Shown: positions 56,654-64,000 of the stretch, piece by piece
Position numbering within the stretch: position 1 is the first letter of the stretch
Layout of the letters: every line of letters starts with the position of its first letter
Assembly (NCBI RefSeq): GCF_016026235.1
Contig: NZ_CP065613.1
Length of the DNA: 64,000 nucleotides
Origin: Escherichia coli
GTDB lineage: Bacteria; Pseudomonadota; Gammaproteobacteria; Enterobacterales; Enterobacteriaceae
Strand: one strand, 5' to 3'
Translations under genes and position numbers: made by a program
Notes under the pieces: generated by a model
What the model was told of the DNA's origin: nothing
The model's database searches: none
Seen by the model: the letters and a program-made list of their open reading frames with translations, nothing else

Positions 56654-57567
56654 TATTTCTCCCTTTTCCCGGCTTTAATTCCCTGTACCAGCGTACTGGT
56701 AGTAACCTTAAGAAGGTCGATATACGTAGGTACCGGGCCGTTTTCTGTGCTCAGGGAATCGACATAGAGCACACCGCCGTAGTGTGCGCCGGTTTCACGC
56801 GCAACCTGACGCGCTGGTTTATCGGAAATCGTACTCTCGCTAAAGACTGCCGGGATATGATTTTTCTTAACTATATCAACAACCTTACGTACCTGCTGCG
56901 GTGTTCCTTGTTGATCGGCATTAATCGGCCACAGATAAAGCTCTTTTAGCCCCAAATCGCGTGCGAGATAAGAAAAAGCCCCTTCACTGGTGACCATCCA
57001 TCGCTGATTCTCAGGGAGTTCCGTAATCTGCTTACGCAGGGGGGCAAGGGTTTGGGTAATCTTGGCTTTATAAGTATCGGCATTACGTTGGTAGGTTTGT
57101 GCATTTGCCGGATCGTATTTTATCAACGCATCACGAATATTATCGACGTAAATCAGAGCATTATCTGGCGACATCCATGCATGGGGATTAGGTTTGCCCT
57201 CATAGGGTCCTTCGGTGATCCCTACTGGCGTCACACCCGAAGAGACAATTACTTCTGGAACCCCATTGAGATGCTGGTAAAAGCGTTGGAACCACAATTC
57301 CAGATTCATACCATTGGCGAGAATCAGTTGTGCCCCCTGCGCACGTTTAATATCGCCAGGGGTAGGCTGATACTCATGAATTTCTGCACCAGGCTTGGTT
57401 ATGGATGAGACTTCTGCAGCATCTCCAGCCACGTTTTTGGCCATATCCGCGATGATGGTAAATGTTGTAATGACCTTGAATTTTTCAGTTGCACTTGCCT
57501 GAAATGCGATCGAGCAGGTGAGGGCGAGGCACCCCAAGAGCATGGTTACTTTTTTTATTGAGTGCAT
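56653..57567 (-). CDS. sitA: Periplasmic Mn/Fe-binding protein SitA
   Basis: 304 aa with signal peptide; closely resembles SitA as I recall it ([21 protein letters not shown]…). Confidence 0.85.
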   Translation of the reverse strand: MHSIKKVTMLLGCLALTCSIAFQASATEKFKVITTFTIIADMAKNVAGDAAEVSSITKPGAEIHEYQPTPGDIKRAQGAQLILANGMNLELWFQRFYQHLNGVPEVIVSSGVTPVGITEGPYEGKPNPHAWMSPDNALIYVDNIRDALIKYDPANAQTYQRNADTYKAKITQTLAPLRKQITELPENQRWMVTSEGAFSYLARDLGLKELYLWPINADQQGTPQQVRKVVDIVKKNHIPAVFSESTISDKPARQVARETGAHYGGVLYVDSLSTENGPVPTYIDLLKVTTSTLVQGIKAGKREK

Positions 57568-57600
57568 AATTTAGTACCTATAGTGAGCAAAATTAGAACA

Positions 57601-57620
57601 AACATAGCAACGGCTATGTT
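57601..57620. promoter_or_regulatory. MntR-box-like inverted repeat (AACATAGC-N4-GCTATGTT) upstream of sitA
   Basis: Perfect 8-bp arms. Confidence 0.5.
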
Positions 57621-57641
57621 TTATAGCATAACCTATACAAA

Positions 57642-57662
57642 ATGAAAATAATTATCATTAAC
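57642..57662. promoter_or_regulatory. Fur-box-like site (GAAAATAATTATCATTAAC)
   Basis: Similar to the Fur consensus GATAATGATAATCATTATC. Confidence 0.5.
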
Positions 57663-57928
57663 AGCTTTGAGGCCTAAAACAGGGATTAGGTTGTTTCCTG
57701 CTGGCGACATGATATTGAGGAAAAAAGTAGAGCAGCTATTAGGCTTTGAAATGACTTTATGAGGAAAATTGTTGATGGCAAAAATGGGGCAAAACGCTGT
57801 AGAAGGGGCAAAAAAGGGGCAAAAAAAGAGTGGGTTATCGTAGCTTATTGTTGTCGCTGATAATGTTTAACATATTGAAAAATAAATAAAATACTTATGA
57901 GTCAGATAGTTGTGATTTTTGCCCTTAC

Positions 57929-57954
57929 TTGTTCAGATTGTATTGTTCTTTCTT
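57929..57954. other. Prophage att core, right copy
   Basis: Identical 26 bp to 9474..9499. Confidence 0.65.
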
Positions 57955-57978
57955 GCTAATTTCTTGATTTTGCGACAT
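57929..57978 (-). pseudogene. ttcC-like remnant (original 5' end of ttcA displaced by the prophage)
   Basis: Minus-strand ATG at 57978 encodes [17 protein letters not shown], matching the TtcA N-terminus, then runs into prophage DNA. Confidence 0.55.
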
Positions 57979-58153
57979 TTAAAAGCGACTCAATTCGTTA
58001 TATGGCATCAGAAGAGTATGCGTCATGCCGGAACGCCCAGCATAAGAAATCTGATATAAAAACTGTGGCGTGTATGGTACGGATTAGAGGGGAAAATGTC
58101 AGCACATTTGCGAAATGAATCAAAAAGCCCGCAGCAATGTGCGGGCGTTAGTG

Positions 58154-58669
<516 letters not shown>

Positions 58670-58728
58670 TTAGATCAAAGGAGGAAGAATAAGCAGAAAA
58701 AGCCCGCCATAACAGCGGGCAGGAGGAT

Positions 58729-59862
58729 TTAGAACTGATAAACCAGACCTAAAGCGACAATATCATCGGTAGAGATGCCGTTGGCAGCGTAGAAACTGTC
58801 ATCTTCATCCAACAGGTTGATTTTATAGTCAACATAAGTGGACATGTTTTTATTGAAATAGTAAGTCGCGCCAACATCGGCGTATTTAACCAGATCTTTA
58901 TCATCAACACCTGCCGGGTTGTCTGCACCACCGGCAGCGTGCAGGTCACGGCCTTTAGACATCAGGAAAGAGACTGCCGGACGCAGACCAAAATCAAACT
59001 GGTACTGTGCAGTGACTTCAAAGTTCTGGGTTTTGTTTGCAACAGCATAATCGCTGTCGCCAAACGGGGTCATATTACGCGTTTCTGAATACATGGTTGC
59101 CAAGTAAATATTGTTAGCATCGTATTTTAGCCCAGCAGTCCACGCGTCTGCTTTATCACCACCCGCCGCAGTATGGTTAACCTGGTCATTGGTGCGGTCA
59201 GAAGAGGTGTATGCCGCACCAGCGCTAAAGCCCATGCCTAAATCATATGTTGTGGAAAGACCCCAGCCGTCACCGTTTTCATGGCGAACATCACGTCCGT
59301 TGTTGGTGCCTTCCTGACCATTACTGGCACCTTCGTTGTTACCTTGATACTGCACCGCGAAGTTCAGACCATTTACCAGACCGAAGAAATCAGTATTACG
59401 ATAAGTCGCGACGCCATTGGCACGACCAGTCATAAAGTTGTCTGCATTGGTATAAGAGTCACCGCCAAATTCAGGCAGCATATCGGTCCAGCCTTCGATG
59501 TCGTACATTACGCCATAATTACGTCCGTAATCGAAAGAACCGTAATCTGAAAATTTCAGTCCGGCAAATGCCAGACGGGTCCATGACTGGTTTTTTGAAG
59601 ATTCAGTGTTGTTTGCCTGAATATTGTATTCCCATTGACCGTAGCCAGTAAGTTGATCGTTAATTTGGGTTTCGCCTTTAAAACCCAGACGCGCATAGCT
59701 CTGGTCGCCATCTTTCGCTGAATTATCAGAAAAATAATGCAGGCCATCAACTTTGCCATACAGATCTAATTTGTTGCCGTCTTTATTATAAACTTCGGCT
59801 GCATGTGCAGCACCTGCGCCGAGCAGGGCAGGAATTAAAAGTGCCAGTACTTTGCTTTTCAT
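58729..59862 (-). CDS. ompN: Outer membrane porin OmpN (OmpC/F family)
   Basis: 377 aa with signal peptide and C-terminal …LVYQF. Confidence 0.85.
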   Translation of the reverse strand: MKSKVLALLIPALLGAGAAHAAEVYNKDGNKLDLYGKVDGLHYFSDNSAKDGDQSYARLGFKGETQINDQLTGYGQWEYNIQANNTESSKNQSWTRLAFAGLKFSDYGSFDYGRNYGVMYDIEGWTDMLPEFGGDSYTNADNFMTGRANGVATYRNTDFFGLVNGLNFAVQYQGNNEGASNGQEGTNNGRDVRHENGDGWGLSTTYDLGMGFSAGAAYTSSDRTNDQVNHTAAGGDKADAWTAGLKYDANNIYLATMYSETRNMTPFGDSDYAVANKTQNFEVTAQYQFDFGLRPAVSFLMSKGRDLHAAGGADNPAGVDDKDLVKYADVGATYYFNKNMSTYVDYKINLLDEDDSFYAANGISTDDIVALGLVYQF

Positions 59863-60089
59863 TGAATAAATCCTTTAGTTATTTTATTTGCCTTTTATCC
59901 CCATTTCGGGGAGTGAAAACATCCTAAAGGAGAAGTTCAGTTAGCCGATAAATATCATTTGTTACGCCTTAAGTAAAACCTTAATCAAAAAATTCCTCTG
60001 AAATGATAATAAGTCTGGTGAATGTATCGAAGATAATACATACAAAATAAAAATTATACTTTTAATTTTCTATACGTTATTCTGCGCGG

Positions 60090-60198
60090 GTTATATGCCT
60101 TTATTGTCACAGATTTTATTTTCTGTTGGGCCATTGCATTGCCACTGATTTTCCAACATATAAAAAGACAAGCCCGAACAGTCGTCTGGGCTTTTTTT
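60090..60198 (+). ncRNA. micC: MicC small regulatory RNA
   Basis: GTTATATGCCTTTATTGTCACAGATTTTATTTTCTGTTGGGCC… with terminal hairpin and T-run matches my memory of MicC; lies between ompN and ydbK. Confidence 0.8.
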
Positions 60199-60227
60199 TA
60201 GAATTGGATAATCCTTATCCAGAGCAT

Positions 60228-63200
60228 TTAATCGGTGTTGCTTTTTTCCGCTTTTCCGGCCATTTGTGCCAGGAAGTCATAGCGTTTTTGCAAATCAGCT
60301 GCAGCATCTTTCCATAACTGTTCTGCCACTTCTGGCTGCTGAGAATTCAGACGACGGAAACGTTGCTCGTGAAGTAACGTTTCTTCCAGTGCTTCTGACG
60401 GCGGGCGTGAATCCAGCGCCAGCGGCAGTTTGCCTTCATCGGCACGACGCGGATCGAAGCGATATAGCGGCCAGAAGCCGGTAGCTGTGAGTTGGCGCAT
60501 CTGGTCATGGCTGAGTGCCAGATCGTAACCATGCTCTTCACACGGGCTATAAGCAATGATCAGCGATGGTCCCGGATACGCTTCCGCTTCCTGAATCGCT
60601 TTCACCGTCTGGTTCAGTTGCGCGCCGAGAGAAATCTGCGCCACATAAACATGACCGTACATCATCATACTGACGCCAAGATCTTTACGCGCTTTACGTT
60701 TGCCGTGCTCGCCAAATTTAGTTACTGCACCCAGCGGTGTCGCTTTCGACGCCTGACCACCGGTGTTGGAATAGCATTGCGTATCCAGCACCAGAATGTT
60801 GACGTTTTCCGTCAAACTCAATACATGATCCAGACCGCCAAAGCCGATATCGTAAGCCCAGCCGTCGCCACCAATCAGCCAGATTGATTTTTCTACCAGT
60901 GCATCTGCGTCACGCAGCAGTTCATGTGCTTCGGCAACATCGTTGAGTTGCTGGCGTAAAGCTGCAACCTGTTCACGACGAACCTCTGGCGTGGCGTCTG
61001 ATTTCAACGCAGTCAGTAATTCCGCCGGGATTTTATCGGCAAATTGATCCAGCAGACGCAGCACGCGGACACGGTGTTGATCGACCGTCAGGCGGAAACC
61101 AAGGCCAAATTCGGCATTATCTTCAAATAGAGAGTTCGCCCATGCCGGCCCACGACCGTTGGCATCGGTGGTATACGGTGTAGAGGGCAGGTTACCGCCA
61201 TAAATTGAAGAACAGCCGGTGGCGTTAGCGATCAACATCCGGTCGCCATAGAGCTGAGTCAGCAATTTAATATACGGCGTCTCGCCACAACCGGAGCAAG
61301 CACCGGAATATTCAAACAGCGGTGTAATCAGCTGCGATGTACGAATATCAATACGTTCCAGTTTGCTACGGTCGATTTCTGGCAGGTTGAGGAAGAAATC
61401 GTAATTGATTTTCTCTTCTTCGACATGTTCCAGGCGCGACATCATATTGATGGCTTTAATCTCTGGATTCTGACGGTCTTTCGCCGGGCAAACTTCGACG
61501 CACAGGTTACAACCGGTGCAATCTTCCGGAGCCACCTGCAAGACATATTTCTGCCCGCGCATATCACGCGATTTCACATCCAGCGAATGCAGGCTGGCAG
61601 GGGCGTTTTCCATCGCTTCAGGCGGTACCACTTTTGCGCGAATAGCTGAGTGTGGGCAAGCGGCGACGCAGTGGTTACATTGGGTACAGAGTTCCTCTTT
61701 CCAGATGGGGATCTCTTCGGCGATATTGCGTTTTTCCCAGCGAGTGGTGCCCATCGGCCAGGTGCCGTCTGGCGGCAGCGCCGAAACGGGGAGGGCATCA
61801 CCAAGCCCGGCGAGCATCGCAGCGGTTACGGTTTTCACGAAATCAGGGGCGGCATCGGAAACCACTGGCGGTCGATTGGCGCTGTGCGGATTTACCGGTT
61901 GCAACGGAACTTCTTCTACGGATTCACGCGCCAGCGCCAGAGCCTGCCAGTTGCGTTCCACCAGATCCTGACCTTTGCTGCTGTAACTTTTGGCAATCGC
62001 ACCCTGCAATTCTGCGAGGGCGCTATCGCCAGGCAGAATTTGTGTCAGATGGAAAAAAGCCATCTGCATGACGGTATTAATACGGGCCGCCAGGCCACAT
62101 TCGCGGGCGATTTTCGCCGCGTTAATCACATAGAAGCGCGCTTTTTTCTGATTTAGCACGGCCTGAACTTCCTGCGGCAAGCGCGACCACACTTCATCTG
62201 CGCTGTACGGCGTGTTGAGCAGGAAAATGCCGCCAGGTTTTAAACGCTCAGCCATCTGATATTTATCGATAAACTGCAACTGGTGGCAGCCAACAAAATC
62301 AGCCTGGGAAATGAGATAAGCGGAACGAATCGGCTGTTCGCTCACGCGAAGGTGAGAAACCGTCAGGCCGCCCGCCTTTTTGGAGTCGTAAACAAAATAG
62401 CCCTGTGCGTACCACGGCGTGGAATTACCGATAATCTTGATATTGTTTTTGGTCGCGGAAACGCTGCCATCACTACCAAGGCCATAAAACAAGGCTTCCA
62501 GTTTCGCCGAGTTTGGCAGGGTGTTTTCCGGCAACGGCAGTGACAGATTGGTCACATCATCGTAAATACCAACCGTAAAGCGCGCTTTCGGTTTAGCCGC
62601 GTTGAGCTCGGCAAATACCGCCAGTACACAGTCCGGGCCAAATTCTTTGGATGAAAGACCATAGCGCCCACCAATGATACGGGGCAGAGTTTCGCGCTCG
62701 CCATTATTAAAGGCTTCTGCCAGTGCGGTCATTACATCCAGATAGAGCGGTTCTGCCTGGGCACTGGGTTCTTTGGTTCTGTCCAGTACCGCCACGCTGC
62801 GTACGGATCCCGGCAGAGCTTGCAGCAAGTGTTTGGCGGAGAAGGGACGGTACAGGCGAACTTTCAGCACGCCAACTTTTTCGCCACGGGTTAGCAATTC
62901 ATCAACCACTTCTTCACAGGTGCCAATGGCAGAGCCCATCAGGATAATCACCCGTTCCGCTTGCGGATGCCCGTAATATTCAAACGGCTGATACTGACGA
63001 CCTGTCGCGGCAGAGAAATCATTCATCGCCTGTTCAACATGGTCATAGACCGCGTTGTACCATGGGTTGGTGGCTTCGCGAGACTGGAAATAAGTGTCAG
63101 GATTCGCGGACGTACCGCGGATCACCGGATGTTCCGGGTTGAGTGCCCGGGCGCGATGAGCATCAATTTCGGCCTGCGGCATGAGATCAAGAATCGTGTC

Positions 63201-63752
63201 ATCGGCCAGCGGGACAATTTTGTTGATTTCGTGGGACGTGCGGAAACCATCAAAGAAATGAATAAATGGCACGCGGCTCTTCAGCGTCGCGATGTGCGAA
63301 ATGAGAGCAAAGTCTTGCGCTTCCTGGACGTTTGCTGCACACAACATCGCGCAACCCGTCTGGCGCACCGCCATGACGTCGGAATGATCGCCAAAAATAG
63401 AGAGTGCATGTGTGGCAACGGTACGTGCCGCTACATGCAGGACAAACGGTGTGAGTTCGCCTGCCAGTTTGTACAGCGTCGGGATCATCAGCAGCAAACC
63501 CTGCGATGACGTAAACGATGTTGAAAGGGCACCCGTCTGCAAAGCGCCATGCACGGTAGCGATAGCACCCGCTTCCGACTGCATTTCAACCACGCGTGGT
63601 GTGTCTCCCCAAACGTTCTTCAAGCCGTTTCCGGCCCAGGCATCAGCCTGTTCTGCCATCGTGGAACTGGGGGTAATAGGGTAGATGGCGATAACTTCAC
63701 TGGTGCGAAACGCCACCGAAGCAACCGCGCCATTACCGTCAATAGTAATCAT
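60228..63752 (-). CDS. ydbK: Pyruvate:flavodoxin/ferredoxin oxidoreductase (PFOR)
   Basis: 1174 aa; two 4Fe-4S ferredoxin motifs (CTQCNHCVAACP, CTGCNLCVEVCP) and a TPP-binding domain. Confidence 0.9.
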   Translation of the reverse strand: MITIDGNGAVASVAFRTSEVIAIYPITPSSTMAEQADAWAGNGLKNVWGDTPRVVEMQSEAGAIATVHGALQTGALSTSFTSSQGLLLMIPTLYKLAGELTPFVLHVAARTVATHALSIFGDHSDVMAVRQTGCAMLCAANVQEAQDFALISHIATLKSRVPFIHFFDGFRTSHEINKIVPLADDTILDLMPQAEIDAHRARALNPEHPVIRGTSANPDTYFQSREATNPWYNAVYDHVEQAMNDFSAATGRQYQPFEYYGHPQAERVIILMGSAIGTCEEVVDELLTRGEKVGVLKVRLYRPFSAKHLLQALPGSVRSVAVLDRTKEPSAQAEPLYLDVMTALAEAFNNGERETLPRIIGGRYGLSSKEFGPDCVLAVFAELNAAKPKARFTVGIYDDVTNLSLPLPENTLPNSAKLEALFYGLGSDGSVSATKNNIKIIGNSTPWYAQGYFVYDSKKAGGLTVSHLRVSEQPIRSAYLISQADFVGCHQLQFIDKYQMAERLKPGGIFLLNTPYSADEVWSRLPQEVQAVLNQKKARFYVINAAKIARECGLAARINTVMQMAFFHLTQILPGDSALAELQGAIAKSYSSKGQDLVERNWQALALARESVEEVPLQPVNPHSANRPPVVSDAAPDFVKTVTAAMLAGLGDALPVSALPPDGTWPMGTTRWEKRNIAEEIPIWKEELCTQCNHCVAACPHSAIRAKVVPPEAMENAPASLHSLDVKSRDMRGQKYVLQVAPEDCTGCNLCVEVCPAKDRQNPEIKAINMMSRLEHVEEEKINYDFFLNLPEIDRSKLERIDIRTSQLITPLFEYSGACSGCGETPYIKLLTQLYGDRMLIANATGCSSIYGGNLPSTPYTTDANGRGPAWANSLFEDNAEFGLGFRLTVDQHRVRVLRLLDQFADKIPAELLTALKSDATPEVRREQVAALRQQLNDVAEAHELLRDADALVEKSIWLIGGDGWAYDIGFGGLDHVLSLTENVNILVLDTQCYSNTGGQASKATPLGAVTKFGEHGKRKARKDLGVSMMMYGHVYVAQISLGAQLNQTVKAIQEAEAYPGPSLIIAYSPCEEHGYDLALSHDQMRQLTATGFWPLYRFDPRRADEGKLPLALDSRPPSEALEETLLHEQRFRRLNSQQPEVAEQLWKDAAADLQKRYDFLAQMAGKAEKSNTD

Positions 63753-64000
63753 ATGACACCCTTACATTGCGCAAATGAGGGGCGCACGAAATTGCTGCGC
63801 GCCCAGTAGTAATCCTTCAATTTTAGCAAATGGCTTTCTTCTGCATTTTCGCTTTTGTGTCCCCCACATCAGCGTAATGAATGTTTTGATCAAACAGAGG
63901 GCAAAAAAATAGCCATAAAAAAGTAAAAATGCGGGGCAACGCGCAGGACAGCTCTCGACGCCGCCCTCTGTGCTGCCTATTATTTATGGCGGTGTCGTTT

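Overview
Enterobacterial (E. coli-like) chromosome segment carrying a near-complete ~48.5 kb Rac-like lambdoid prophage inserted in the 5' end of ttcA. Left flank: a partial AraC-family regulator, an EmrA/EmrB-like efflux pair, smrA, dgcM, zntB, the sRNA FnrS, dbpA and ttcA. The prophage runs from a 26-bp att core at 9474..9499 to its repeat at 57929..57954 and contains integrase/excisionase, an early-left module interrupted by an IS10-like element, a RacR/Cro-like immunity region, a replication module with a DnaC-like loader, a nin-like region interrupted by IS911, a hok-type toxin, a Q-like gene, four tRNAs, a pinholin/SAR-endolysin/Rz/Rz1 lysis cassette with an extra 209-aa gene, a lambda-like head and tail set, lom, stf/tfa, and a sitABCD Mn/Fe transporter as cargo. 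Right flank: a ttcC-like remnant, uspF, ompN, MicC and pfo (ydbK). Most notable: at least nine genes are split by what look like one-base deletions in homopolymer runs (likely sequencing artefacts), and several unexplained genes sit in classic moron positions. I found no CRISPR array or rRNA. All identifications are from reading the translations and sequence by eye; no searches were run.
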